Under the pieces are notes generated by a model. The model was not told the DNA's origin and searched no databases. It was given only the letters and a program-made list of their open reading frames with translations. From Gordius albopunctatus (Eukaryota), in NCBI GenBank assembly GCA_964276515.1, contig OZ193910.1:3472001-3536000 (forward strand): 64,000 bases of DNA, read 5' to 3'. Made by a program: the position numbers and the translations under genes. This document shows positions 1-26,035 of the stretch, one piece after another. Every line of letters starts with the position of its first letter. Within the stretch, counting starts at the first letter, position 1.

Positions 1-339
1 AGGTCTAAGGCAAATATTCGAAATTTGGACAAATGAAAAATTTATATTTTTACATTACACCTATTTACTTTAATAATTTTTTGAAATAGGTCATGCATGG
101 GTCACCCTTAAAACCAACGAAAAAATTATCTTGTCAAATTCTTTTAAGTTCATCCCGCCTTATTCCTACTGCTTGAGCTTGTATTTGCTGTTACAACTTA
201 ACCTCTTAAGCATTTTACCTCTCTTGATGATAGAGCTTATGCGTCCAAGCCCATATGCTAGTATTTTAATCTAACCGATTTATCGATTTTTTAATTTAGT
301 CAAGCTTTAATTTAGGATTTGAAATGTATCTGACTTGCT

Positions 340-790
340 GGTTCGATACCCGGAGAGGACAATTTTTTTTAAATTAAATTAATATATTTTTCTTGTTAAT
401 ACCATTGATAATATGAAGTTTTGGCCGTCCACTGGCTACCGACTAATAAAAAAATTACTATTGGCCAAAGTAAGATTAAAATTGATTTATTTTCTTGATT
501 ATAATTATAGGCTAGTTATTTGGCTGTCTGCTAACCATTAGAAAAGATCACCACTGGCCAAAGTGATGGAAAATTTGTATAAATAATTAACTAATCATTT
601 TGCATTTAATACACCCCTATAGGCATTCTCGCACCTTCCCACCTTTCTCGCCCATAAATTGCATAGCAAATATGCTACTTTTATACGGAGTATAGATGAG
701 TTACGTTCCCCCTTCCCTTCCCCTCCTCCCTTTTCCGTCTCCCCGTCTCCCCTTCCCCCTTCCCACGAGAACCGAAGGCCCGAATTTTTT
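340..790 (+). mobile_element. 3' part of a non-autonomous Helentron/DINE-1-like element (same family as 19445-21364)
   Basis: Shares the internal repeat units, the 3' sub-TIR ATAAATTGCATAGCAA (~654), the (CCCCTT)n tract and a degenerate terminal hairpin plus T-run with 21237-21364. Confidence 0.65.
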
Positions 791-1390
791 AATAATACTT
801 ATATATTTTAATTTTTGGATAACATTAGTTCAATAAGAATCTCAATTCAACAGAAAATTATTTTGACAATGCTGTTATCCGGATTGGCAAAACTACCAGG
901 GGTTGTGATCAGTAAAAATTGTAAAGTCGCGATCTTCTAAAATATGTCGGTAATGTTTAATTGAAAGATAAATTGCTAAGAATTCTCCCCCGAATATACT
1001 ATATCGAGTTTATGTTTGGCTCAATTCGTAATTAATATAATAGAATTATGGAATATTTACGATATGGGGGCTATGAGAATATATTGTGATAATAATTGTG
1101 ATATGTAGTGTTGAAATAATGATGTTGAGATAAAACACGTTATTAAAATGAGTGAGCGAAAAGAAAGTAATGAAGGAAACAGTAAAAACAGCTTAGCGAT
1201 ACAACGCGTGGCACAAGGAATATAGAAGTTACATATTAAATGACGCGAATATACATATATAAACAACGCAGCTCACCACAATGGTTTTCGGCGAGTTGAT
1301 AGGGCAGCGACGTGGTGTAGCATCAGCTGTAGCGCCAATGCATGTAAATAAATTTGACGCAAGTGGTCAGTTTAAACTTAAAAAGCCTAG

Positions 1391-14175
<12,785 letters not shown>

Positions 14176-14481
14176 ACTAGCCCCACATTTTAATAAGTTT
14201 TTATTCCAATTTTGGTTTAAATTTCCCGAAATTTATCGACAAAATTACGTTTTCCGATCAATTTTCCCGTTCAAACAGGTCATATACCGTGATTTAACAC
14301 CCGCTATAAAAGGATACGCTGGTTAAATAATTATTGTTACAACTCCAAAAATGATGTATATAGAGTATGGTGATTTAATGCTTTCAAATTGTTTCCGCTA
14401 TTTTATGATAATCCGAAAAATAAATTAACGCCAGGAAATGTTATACCGTATTTGTTTAATTTGAACGTGTTTCTATAGTTT

Positions 14482-17400
14482 CTTCTTCTTCTTTCTATGG
14501 CTGCTTGTCACCTAGACTGGTGGTCAGTCCTTTCAGCATTCGTTTCCATTTGTTTCTATGTTTACATAGATCTTTCTTTATCTTGTAGACTTTCATATCA
14601 TGCCGTATTTTATGAATCCAGGTAAGTCGTCCCTTCTTTCGGCATGGCCATACCATCTTAGTCTATTTGTTAGGAGCTTTGTCGCAATTGATGGAGTACC
14701 CAAAATTCTTATTTCTTCATTTCGCCTATGGTCCTGTTTGCTTACACCTAGCACCCATCTTAGCATTCTCATCTCCATGGCCGCAAGACATTGCTCTTCT
14801 CTTTTAAGTATAGCCCATGATTCCGAGCTATACAAGACTGTTGGCTGTATGATGGATTTATACACGCCTTTTAGTCTTCTCGGGATGTTTTTGTCACACA
14901 GAACACCTGTCAAGTCCCTCCACTTGAGCCATCCGGAATTTATCCTTGCTTGTATTTCTTTATCCATTCCAGCATCCGATTGCAGTGTTGATCCTAAATA
15001 TTTGAAGGAATCCACGCCACGCTTGTAAGTTGCCAATCGCCTAAAGTAAGGGATGCACTTTGCTGGTTTTTATCCGATTTAAACTTTGTCTTCGTGTATT
15101 CTGTTTTCTTTCGATTTACCCTGAGACCACTATTCTCTATTGCATTTACCCATCTATTTACAGTATTAGCCAATTCTTGTTCACTTTTGGCACAGAGAAT
15201 TATATCGTCTGCAAAGATCATTGCCCAAGGAGCTTCCTCGCCCAAATCCTTGGTAATATTATCCATTATCATTATGAATAGGAAGGGACTAAGAGCTGAA
15301 CCTTGATGGACTCCAGTATTAATGGCGAAGCCCTTTGTAGTCCCCACCGTTGTTCTAACATATGTTCTATTTCCCTTCTACTTATCCTTTATTGCTCTGA
15401 CGTATGCTTCTGGCACATTGCTTTCTTCAAGACATTTCCAAACTAAATTACGAGGAACTTTATCGAACGCTTTTTCTAGATCGATGAAACACATGTGCAA
15501 ATCCTCTTCCCTTTCTTTAAACTGTTCCATTAATCTTCTAACACTGGTTAGGGCGTCTGCTGTAGACCTCTCCAGCATAAATCCGAATTGTTTATCTCGA
15601 ATTTGAACCATACTCCGAAGCCGTTTTTCGATCACTTTTTCCCACACCTTGAAAGTGTGACTCATAAGCTTTATCCCTCTGTAATTGTTGCAATCCTGAA
15701 TGTCCCCTTTCATCTTGTATATCGGGATCATGTAGCTATCCCTCCACTCGTCAGACATTTTACCCGTTTTCAAGACATTGTTGAAAAGGTTGGCGAGGAA
15801 TTGTGCACCAGTATTGCCTAACGCTTTAAAGCCCTCTATTGGTATATTGTCGGGTCCAAGAGCTTTTCCTGACTTTAGTTTACCCATAGCAACTTTCACT
15901 TCCGTTTCCGTGATCCAGTCCGCTGTGTTTAATTCTCCTATTGTGTTTTCCTGGTTATTGTCTTCGACTACAGGCCCATTTTCAATTGATAAATCGCTAT
16001 AATAGTCGTACCATCTTTGTAGTATATGGCTGTCGTGTGTTAGTATTTCTCCCTTTTGACCCTTGATTAGCCGGCATTCTAGGTAAATTTATAGAATTTC
16101 GGGCCCTTGACTTTGCGATTTTGTAGATCAATCTTTCTCCTTCCTTTGAGTTTAGTTTTAAATTTGTATCGTCGTATACCTTGTTTTTAGCTTTCGTTAC
16201 GAATTTTTTAGCCGATCTTTTAGCTACTTGGTAAGCTTGCTTATCATTACTATCCTTGCTTTTATACCATATTTGTACAATCTCTTCTTTTCCTTGATAC
16301 ATTTTTGCACTTCTTCATTCCACCACCACGTCTCCTTGAGAATTATTTTAGTTGGCTTGCTTTCACCTAGTGTTTGTCGTCCCGCTTTTCGCATTGTGGC
16401 AGCCATACCTTTCGATTGATCCTCACATGAAGTATTTTCCTTAAATTCAGCATGTTTAATTACTTGTTCTTTAAAATGTTGAATATTATCCTTTAGTTTC
16501 CTCCGTTGTATAGTAGCGGCTACTCTTTGTAACTTTTGCCCTTTAATATAAAGTCCATCACCAACAGCTTGTGTTGGCAGGCCAATATTTCACTCGGTAT
16601 TACCTTAACATTTTGAACATACTTTAAATGCGCTCTGTTGACTAGAAAGAAATCTATCTGAGTGGTACGGCTGCCGCTTTTGTACGTTCTAAGATGTTCC
16701 TGTCTTTTTTTGAATAAGGTATTTTCTTTTGCTAGGTTAAAAGATTGAGCAATTTCTAGAATTTCCGTTCCTCCTTCATTTCTTAGGCCGTAACCCCGAC
16801 CACCGTGATTTCTTTCAAATCCTCCCTTGATTTGCCCACGTGACCATTGAGGTTCGCTCCGATAATTATTATTCCCTCTTTACTGAATTGGGATAGAACA
16901 ACTTCAAGCTCCTTCCAAAAACACTCTTTTTCCGTCTCAGAGCATCCACTTTGAATGGCGTATGCTGATATAACGTTTATCGTAGTAGATTTATAACAAA
17001 GCTGTATCGCCATAATTCTGTCATTGATTCTTTTAACGTCGACGACAGTTGGCTGAAATTCTTCCGATAGCACTATACCGACGCCATTCCGGTGAGTTTC
17101 TGTACCGTAAAAATATAATTTGTATCCGTCCCCTATGTATTTTGCTTTTTGGCCTTTCCATTTGGTCTCTTGTATACACGCGATATCGATTTTTCTCTTC
17201 CTTAGAACGTCTGCCAATTCTCTGCTCTTGCTAGTCATTGTACCAATATTCCATGACCCAAACTTTATCCTACGCAAACTAATGTCTTTAACCGCTTCCG
17301 TTTGTTGAGAGAGCGGTAGTCTTCGCTTATTTCCCACACATTCCAGGCGAAGAATGCGCGTTTTCATTCTGCGTCTTTGTTGTAGTATACATTTTGGTTT

Positions 17401-17685
17401 ATATGGAATGAGGGAGTATTGATATCCCGGCCTTCCAAGCCTGACGGAACTATTCTTTATGATACAATCATTTTGGTGAATTAACCTAGCACCTCCATTC
17501 CACTAAGTACTCCCTCAAAAAGCCAAGAAATTTTAGTCTGACCCTTCACCAAGAAGCTTGCCAATAGGTTGACCCGACCAGTAACAAACATAAAAATTGT
17601 GTTTGACTACCAAAGGTATAGCTACTTGGACCACGAGAGTACACAAGCTCAACCACCACTACAAGGTATTTCTGGCTCGGTTGAG
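14482..17685 (-). mobile_element. Full-length but frameshifted RTE-clade LINE (APE endonuclease + RT)
   Basis: APE motifs (GSWNIGT, CIQETKW), RT motifs (FIDLEKAFD, HQGSALSP, FADD), (GAA)n 3' tail, and 15-bp TSD GTGTTTCTATAGTTT at 14467-14481 and 17686-17700. Confidence 0.93.
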
Positions 17686-18074
17686 GTGTTTCTATAGTTT
17701 ACCAAACTTAATTTAGGCTCGAGAGATGAATAAAAAATAATGGTGAATGCTCATTCTTTTGTTATAAAATATACACATCATTATACTCACCAATCTAAAA
17801 ATTAAAAAAAAGAATCACTTAATTTTGTAGAAAGCTTTAAAAATTGCTGTTATAATAAAAAATTAAAAACCAATTTAAACCAAATATTAAATTTAATTTA
17901 CAAATATATATGTATATTAAATACCCCATTGCCTTTTAAATATTTCAAAGCAAGAAATAATTTTATTATTTATCAATAAAAAGCTTAAGAAGATATTTGA
18001 GAGCTTTATTTTTAATTAAAATCATAAAAAATTAATTGGTAAATTTTATTGTGTATAGGTGCAATTATTGCTAT

Positions 18075-19188
18075 CTACCTGTAGTGGTGGATGAGCTTGT
18101 GTGCTCTCGTGATCCCAGGAGCTATACCCTAAATGCAATTTCGTTTTTACTGGCGGGGTCAACCTATTGGCAAGGTTTGGTAAAGAGGCAGACTCTAATG
18201 AAATAGACGTGCTAGATTTACCTAAAAATATGAGTTAGTCTAAACAAAAGTTAAATTCACCAAGATGCTGGCATCATAAGGAATAGTAGCTAGACAAACG
18301 CCCAAAAACAGGTGTGTCATATTGGAAAGCCGAGATATCAATATTCTCTCATTCCATGTTTACTACTACAAAGAAACAGGATGAAAACCAAGATAGGGCC
18401 TTTCCCTCAAGCGACGCGCCCGTTCTCTGCCTGGAATGTGTGGGAAATAAACGAAGACTGCTCTCTCCACAAACGGAAGCTATTAAAGACATTAGCTTGC
18501 GTAGGATCAAGTTTGGGTCCTGGAATATCGGTACAATGACAAGCAAGAGCAGAGAATTTGCTGATACGTTTAAAGGAGGAAAAAATCGATATTGCTTTAA
18601 GAGACCATATAAGTGAAATATATAGGTGACTGATACAAAACATATTTTATGGTCACAGAAACGCATCGGAATGGCGGTGGTGTAGTATTATCGAAAGAAT
18701 CAACAAGAACAAACAGTCGTCGACGTTAAAATAATCAATGACAGAATTATGGCGATTCAGTTGTGTTTTAAATCTTACGATCGTTGTATCAACATACGCC
18801 TTACAAAATAGTTACTCCGAGGTGGAAAAAAATTGTTTTCGAATAGAGCTGGAAGATACGCTATCTCAATTTGGTTAAGATGAGCTGATAGTTATTGGAG
18901 CGGACCTTAATGTCGTGGGTAAATCACGAGGAAGCTATGAAAGAAATCACGGTGGTCGGGGTTACGTAAGAACTTAAGGAAGTACGTAAATTTTAGAAAT
19001 ACCTTTTCCAAGAAGAGGCAGGAGCACCTTATTTTCTCACCAAGAGAACACACCTTAAGAATTTTCAAAATATAAAGGTAATACCAAGTAAAATATTGGC
19101 TTGCCAACACAAGCTGTTGGTGATAGACTATATATTAAAGGGCAAAAGGTACAAAGAGTAGCGGCTACAATAAAATGGAGAAGACTTA
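18075..19188 (+). mobile_element. Decayed 5' fragment of the same RTE family (5'UTR + APE)
   Basis: Peptide LECVGNKRR...RRIKFGSWNIGTMTSKSRE matches the 16783-17367 ORF; many stops and indels. Confidence 0.85.
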
Positions 19189-19444
19189 GGGTGCGTTTGT
19201 GATGACACGCGAAGCGAAAAAAAGCGAAATTAATTTTTGGGCTAATTTATCAAACTCTTCATTTTTTTATTAATATCTTTCTATTCACCGCGAAATTTAT
19301 CATATATCACGAAAATAACAATTGTAAATAGGATGCGTTCTTGGTGAAATCGCAGATTATTTTCGCCTGCGGCAAAAAGTGAGCGAAAATAAGATACAAA
19401 TCATTTTGTACTTTTCGCGCAATGGTTAAAAAATTGGATGCGGT

Positions 19445-21364
19445 ATTAATTGCTATGCAATTTATGGGCTCGTTTTTGGTTGTCCGTCCGTCCGTCCACC
19501 AAGTTATTTACACCAGCTTCCCGACCTGGAGGTTGCGGGTTCGAGACCCGGAGAGGACAAAATTTTTTTTTTTTTTAAATTAAATTAATATTTTTTTCTT
19601 GTTAATACCATTGATAATATGACTTTTTGACCGTCCGCAGGCTACTGACCAATGAAAAAATGACCACTGGCCAGATAAATCGAAATTTTTAATTTTTTGT
19701 TTTTGAATAGTTTAACATTGATAATTACCCTATGCCCTCCCCTACAAGGGCCTATGGCTCTATTTATATGGTTCCCTGTTCCCCTCCAAAGGCTTATGCC
19801 TCTATTTAATGTGGGTTTGAATCCCGGCGAACGTTCTAAATTGATGGTTCGAGACCCGGAGAGGACAAAAATTTTTATTTTTTTTTAAATTAAATTAATA
19901 TATTGTTCTTGTTAATACCATTGATAATATGAATTTTTGACCGTCCGCAGGCTACTGACCAATGAAAAAATGACCACTTGCCAGATAAATCGAAATTTTT
20001 AATTTTTCGTTTTTGAATAGTTTAACATTGATAATTACCCTATGCCCTCCCCTACAAGGGCCTATGGCTCTATTTATATGGTTCCCTGTTCCCCTCCAAA
20101 GGCTTATGCCTCTATTTAATGTGGGTTCGAATCCCGGAGAGGGCAAAATTTTTATTTTTTTAATTAATTTAATATTTTGTTCTTGTTAATACCATTGATA
20201 ATATGACTTTTTGACCGTCCGCTGGCTACTGACCAATGAAAAAATGAACATTGGCCAAATAAATCCTAATTTTTCGTTTTTCCTTTTTGAATAAGTTAAC
20301 ATTGATAATTGAAAAAAATTACCATTGGCCAAATAAATCAAAATTTTTTGTTCGTTTTTGAATAGGTTAACATTGATAATTACCCTATACTTTTTAATAA
20401 TTGCTATGCAATTTATCTAGTTTTTGGGTTAGAATCCCGGAGTTTTTTTTGACTCTTATGATTGTTCTTGTTACTATCAATGATAATAAGACTTTTTGGC
20501 CGTCCGCTGGCTGCTGACCAATGAAAAAAATGACCATTGGCCAAAATGTGTATCCGAGTTTATTTTTTCGTTTTTTTTGAATATTATGATTGTTCCTGTT
20601 CCTACCATTGCTATTATGACTTTTTGGCCGTCCGCTGGCTGCTGACCAATGGAATAAAATGACCATTGGTCAAAATGTGATTCGAAAATTTTTTTTTCGT
20701 TTTTTTTTGACTGTTATGAATTTATATCCACTTTTACCGTGTCCTGGCTGCTGGCCAATGGAAAAAAATGACCATTGGCCAAAATGTGAATCGAAATTAT
20801 TTTTTCCGTTTTTTTGACTATTATGATTGTTCCTGTTCCTACCATTGCTATTATGACTTTTTGGCCGTCCGCTGGCTGCTGACCAATGGAATAAAATAAC
20901 CATTGGCCAAAATGTGATTCGAAAACTTTTTTTTCGTTTTTTTTGACTATTATGAATTTATATCCACTTTTACCGTGTCCTGGCTGCTGACCAATGGAAA
21001 AAAATGACCTTTGGCCAAAATGTGATTCGAAAATTTTTTTTTCGTTTTTTTTGACTATTATGATTGTTCCTGTTCCTACCATTGCTATTATGACTTTTTG
21101 GTAATACAACTCCCGTAGAATTTAACTAACCATAAAGCTTCCCCTTCGCTCCCTCTCTCCCCCTTTATGATATTTGGCATATACACTTATTTAGTGCTTC
21201 CAACCTTCGTTTTGCAATATTCACGCAAGTATTTCCATAAATTGCATAGCAAATATGATACATTTATACGGAGTGTAGATGAGTTCCCCCTTCCTTCCCC
21301 TCCTCCCCTTCCCCCTTCCCTCCCCTTCCCCCTTCCCACGAGGGCCGAAGGCCCGAGTTTTTTT
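19445..21364 (+). mobile_element. Non-autonomous Helentron-associated (DINE-1/HINE-like) element(s) with expanded internal tandem repeats
   Basis: 5' sub-TIR ATTGCTATGCAATTTAT (19449; second copy ~20400), (GTCC)4 at 19482-19497, inverted sub-TIR at 21237-21252, 3' hairpin GGGCC-GAA-GGCCC (21342-21354) followed by a T-run. Internal ~300-bp and ~120-bp repeat units. Confidence 0.75.
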
Positions 21365-21699
21365 ATACAGTTGTATATTTTTATAGAATAATTACAATCT
21401 TATCAATGAATAACTTTAAAAATTTTTATGTCCCCCCCCTGATTGAACTTTTAAACATTTTGCCCCCCCTCCATAATTTCCCATGGATATCAAGACTTTA
21501 GAATTTGTTTATTTCTTCCAAATGGCTTAAATTGATATAATTTCACCAACTAAAACATTGAAAATAGTTTATTTGCCCAAAACATTTTTCGCATAAAACG
21601 CCATAATATAAAAATAAACAGATTGAAAAATTGCATGGTGCATAATCACTGGGAATTAATATGTTGGAAAAAATTAATTTTTGAGTTTCGTTTATGTGA

Positions 21700-22214
21700 A
21701 ACGTTTGTTTTACGAAACATAATCCCCTATACCTCTCCTCCATTTTTGATATATCTTGGTGTAAGCGTTCCCTCTGTTCATCACTCACTGCCCCTAAATT
21801 AGATGGGAAAAAATTCAGGCGGGAATGTAGGTAATGAATCTTCAAGGACATTCGGCATTCCAATTTTTGGTATGCCTTGAGTAACCTTGTTATCCCTAAT
21901 TGATAGTTCTGGGATTTATGGTTTCCCAAAAAATTCTGACACACCCATTTAAATGAGTCCTAAGCCTCACTTTCATCTGGATTCATCGAGCTATCAAAAG
22001 TTGAATCTTGAAATAGCATCCTGATTTGAGGTCCAATAAAGATCCCCTCCTTGATCTTTGCGCAACTTAACTTTGAGAATTTTACCTTCAAATATTGAAA
22101 TGCGGGTGAATTGTTCCGACCCATTGCCTTTACCAGGTTTTTTATTAACCTCAATTTGATGTTCAAGGGTGATGAAATGATTTTTTGCGTATTGACCAAT
22201 GGGCATACCCCCAT
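21700..22214 (-). mobile_element. Chapaev3/CMC-type DNA transposase relic
   Basis: Motifs PLNIKLRLIKNLVKAM...KIKEGIFIGPQIR and MSLKIHYLHSRLNFFPSNLGAVSDEQRERLHQDISKMEERY, split by a stop. Superfamily assigned from recalled motif similarity. Confidence 0.7.
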
Positions 22215-23252
22215 ATAATTTAAGTTAAAATACTAGATCTAATTTTCAAACTCGGATAATTGCTAATTGCGCAGAAAAAAATATCAAATTTAAGTTTATT
22301 TTTATTCCTATACTATTTATTTACCATATATTCTTTATAAATTTGCAATTTGATAAAAAACAAACACCATAATATGTTTTTGTGATAATTGGTTATACCG
22401 CCATCTATAAATATTTTTGTTGGAAATTCTATTTTTCGAATTTTTGACCATCTCGTAGCCGCTCCCAAACTTTTTATGATTGAAATATGATAATGGGTCA
22501 TAAAGGAGTTCACATTGTGAAATTGGTGATTTTATATACCGGAGAAATATGTTTTTATGATTTTTCACTAATTTTACCACAAAAAATTAACCGCAAAAGT
22601 TAGATGGTTTTTGGTTAAATTATTTTGATAGAGATTTTTTAGGAACAAAATGCACCAAAATTTGAGTGAATAACGCAATTACTTTCAAAAATAGTAAAAT
22701 CCATAAAAGGCTCCCAAACGTGATTTTGGCCCTTTAAACGTCCATAACTTAAAAAGTATTGGCCCAAAATGGCTAAAACTTTCAGAAATTAATCTAATAA
22801 ATGAGACCTACACCCTCAGCAAAAATTATCCTGATCTGAAATGGTCGGTCGAAAATGTTTTGATTTGTCGAAGATATGTTTATAGGAAAGGAACTCGTTA
22901 TGTTATCTCAAAAAATGGACTAATTCCTCAACAACTCATGCATATTGTAATTAATTCGCATAGATCGAAATGCCAAATTAAAAGTGATAACTTTAGATGA
23001 TAATCCTGTAAATACAAGAAGACCATTGTATGAGCAGCTCATATCATCTGTGTCCTTTCTAGAAATGCTTCCAATTGATCATCACATTGTTTAGAAAGGG
23101 GCCATTAACCTCACTGTACAGTTATTTGCAAGAATATTTATGTTATATTTAAAGTGAAGATATATAATAATCTCTTTGTATAAGACAAAATATTTTACAA
23201 TGGATGTAGCATATATAAATAAAAAGTTTTATAATTCATTGTTGGTAAAATG

Positions 23253-23435
<183 letters not shown>

Positions 23436-23669
23436 TCAAGTTGCCCAGCCGGACATAATAATTTTTTTAATTTTTAGCACCCATTTCGTTATATCTTCGG
23501 ATTATAAATTCAATAAAAAACAATATAAATTACATAAAAAATCTCACAAGGCCTGAATGATTCAAATCTCGTTATAATTACCCCAACGGGCGATACTTTT
23601 CTCATCTCTCCTTGGCAAAAATTTTGAAAATTCCCCCCTCCCCTTGAGAAAATCCTGGCTAGGCGCCTG

Positions 23670-24075
23670 GGTAGTATATGTCCCTAATACAGCCAACAGT
23701 CGTCCTGTATAGCTCGGGATCATGGGCTGTAACAACGCCAAGCGTCTATGGAGATTAGAATAGAATGCTAAGATTGAGGTTAGGATTAAGCAAAATACAA
23801 CATAAACCCAATGAAAAAGTAAGGAGATATCTGGGTACAGCTACAGGGTCTATGAAAAAAAGGTCATAACAAATAGACATGGCCACGTATAGTAAAGAAA
23901 ATTGGGAAGACATATTTTGCAGGAAAACTAATAAGAGCAAGAGCCAAGCTTACATGGAATCATAAAATAAGGCACCACAAGATAAATAAAGATCTATGTA
24001 AATATAGAGACAAATGCAAATTAATGTTGAGAGGACTGACCACCAGCCTGGTGAAAAATAGTCAAAAAAGAAGCC
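23670..24075 (+). mobile_element. Decayed RTE 3' fragment
   Basis: Nucleotide similarity to the 3' end of the 14482-17685 RTE (e.g. GGACTGACCACCAG, CTGTATAGCTCGGGATCATGGGC). Confidence 0.7.
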
Positions 24076-24330
24076 TAGATTTTTAAATGCACAAGAAATT
24101 TATCTATTCTTAAATTAAAATAAATAGGAGATAAAAAGAGACAGTAATTATACTTTTTTACACCTGGAAAATTGCACTTAAATATTTTAATTGATTACAC
24201 CATGTTTTAAAAAAATATTAGTATTTTTCTCTACTTCTAATTTTATAACTCTAACTTCTTTAGAAAGATGGCATGGGTATATAAATTTTTTTATTTTCAC
24301 ATTCCTCAAGGAAAAGCAATAAAGTATAAG

Positions 24331-24510
24331 TAGTGTTGTAAAAATGGTTGGGTTATTTTTGGTCAGCCTTTAATTTAAATTGACCAGACCAACAATTTTA
24401 TGGTATATTCTTCTCAGTGAACCACTAGGCTTTATCAAAATTTGAAAAACAGAGCATCAACCATGAGTCTTAGTTCAACCATACAAAACCCAACCATTAT
24501 TACAACACTG
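24331..24510. mobile_element. MITE of the TAGTGTTG family
   Basis: Ends TAGTGTTGTAAAAATGGTTGGGTT / AACCCAACCATTATTACAACACTG are inverted; related ends at ~4918, ~8852 and 43949. Confidence 0.6.
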
Positions 24511-24807
24511 CAAGAGTTAATTATTAAAAGCACTTGCACTAGTGCCTTTTGTATCTGGTGATTGAATCTACACTAGAACTGGTCTTTGTGAAATAAAGTA
24601 TTGAGTGCTTTAGGTGTAAATTCTACATATTAAATTTTTCAACTAATAAAATATAAATCTACATGAATGAAATATAAGTTAAACACATTTTGCCTATATA
24701 AATTATACTATAAACACTTCATTACAAAATCTAACAAAGATTGTACAAAAATTGTTTAATCACAATTTTGAACATAAACACAACAGCTTTTAATTGAGAA
24801 ATCAATT

Positions 24808-25197
24808 TTATTTGTTAAATTTTTGTAGTTTTGGCAAAATGTATTTTCCCAAACCTGCAGCCGCATCAGCTTCTCTTTGCAGATAGGCTGGATGTTTGGA
24901 CAAATATTTTAATTTCTGCTTATGCACTTTAGATTTTTTGTGAATTTCGAGAACGTCATTAGCTATGAAATGTTTGGCACAAGTTGAACAGTAATGCTGC
25001 CCAGCTCCTATAATTCAATGTTAAAACATAACTTATATTTTACCAGGTAAATCTAAATCTATGGGGTTAGAAATGTTTTGATCTTTGACAATTTCCTCAT
25101 GAATTTGATCAAGATCTTTAGTTCTTCTTTTAGTTCTAGCTTTTTTTTTATGAAAAAGATTTGTTTTGTGGGGATTTTGAGATTTATATCGACCCAT
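24808..25197 (-). CDS. ZNF593: ZNF593/Bud20 pre-60S C2H2 zinc-finger protein, 117 aa; exons 25197-25044 and 25007-24808 (36-nt intron)
   Basis: Translation MGRYK...RTKRRTKDLDQIHEE...DLDLPG|AGQHYCSTCAKHF...HKKSKVHKQKLK...EADAAAGLG carries the family motifs. Intron retention gives an in-frame TAA. Confidence 0.92.
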
Positions 25198-26035
25198 TGC
25201 TCAAACTGATTACATAATCATCTGTTATCGTTTGCAATAGTATGGTTATCTCTAACTACAATTTTTGAAAAAATAACTGCTATTTCGTAGATATTTACAT
25301 CTTAAAAATTTTATAATGTAGATAATTTACTTGACGGTTTTTATTTTTATCTACACGCTAATATTAATATTTCATTTAGGAACTTAATATTAAAACCTCA
25401 AAGATAACATCTGCTTGTAATTTTTGCATAGTATTCCGACCATTTATCTTAGCTAAACCAGATAATAATAGAATAAGGAATATTTTAGGCCATATTTCTT
25501 AGTTTTGCTGAATTTCATGATAGAATCTCTAAAGCCAATGATTCATAGTGATACGAAAACCCCAAGAAAAATCTCGGTCTTTTGAAAAATTGAGTCACGA
25601 TTGAGACGTAAATTTTGACTTCAAGACGAGACGATATTTTATATACGCGATATCGGCTTAAAATTTTTTTTACTGGCCATCATATAATATAAGGTAAATT
25701 TAGTATAAATTTTTATTTTAGATGATTCACATATAAACTGTTCAATGCAAATAAATATAATTGGCTTTTATTAAACATTGGATGTTTTGATACATACAAT
25801 TTAATTAATATTAAATGTATATCCGCTTCAAATTTGAATTTTTGACATTTAGCTTGTACAATAAAATATGAGAGGCCTTCAGAGCTTGTAAATAATTTTT
25901 TTAATATGTTTATTACATGTTTTTATCCTGAGCATTAATATAATATGAACCTGATTGAGTTCTGATTAAGTCGTAAGTAACACTAAAACATCTTCAAATT
26001 TACCACAAAAATTCTACCATCCTATCTGATATGAT

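Noticed and set aside
19537..21100. CRISPR-like array
   Set aside because: Units repeat over their whole length with no unique spacers, no cas genes, eukaryotic context. The same applies to 57088-57715.
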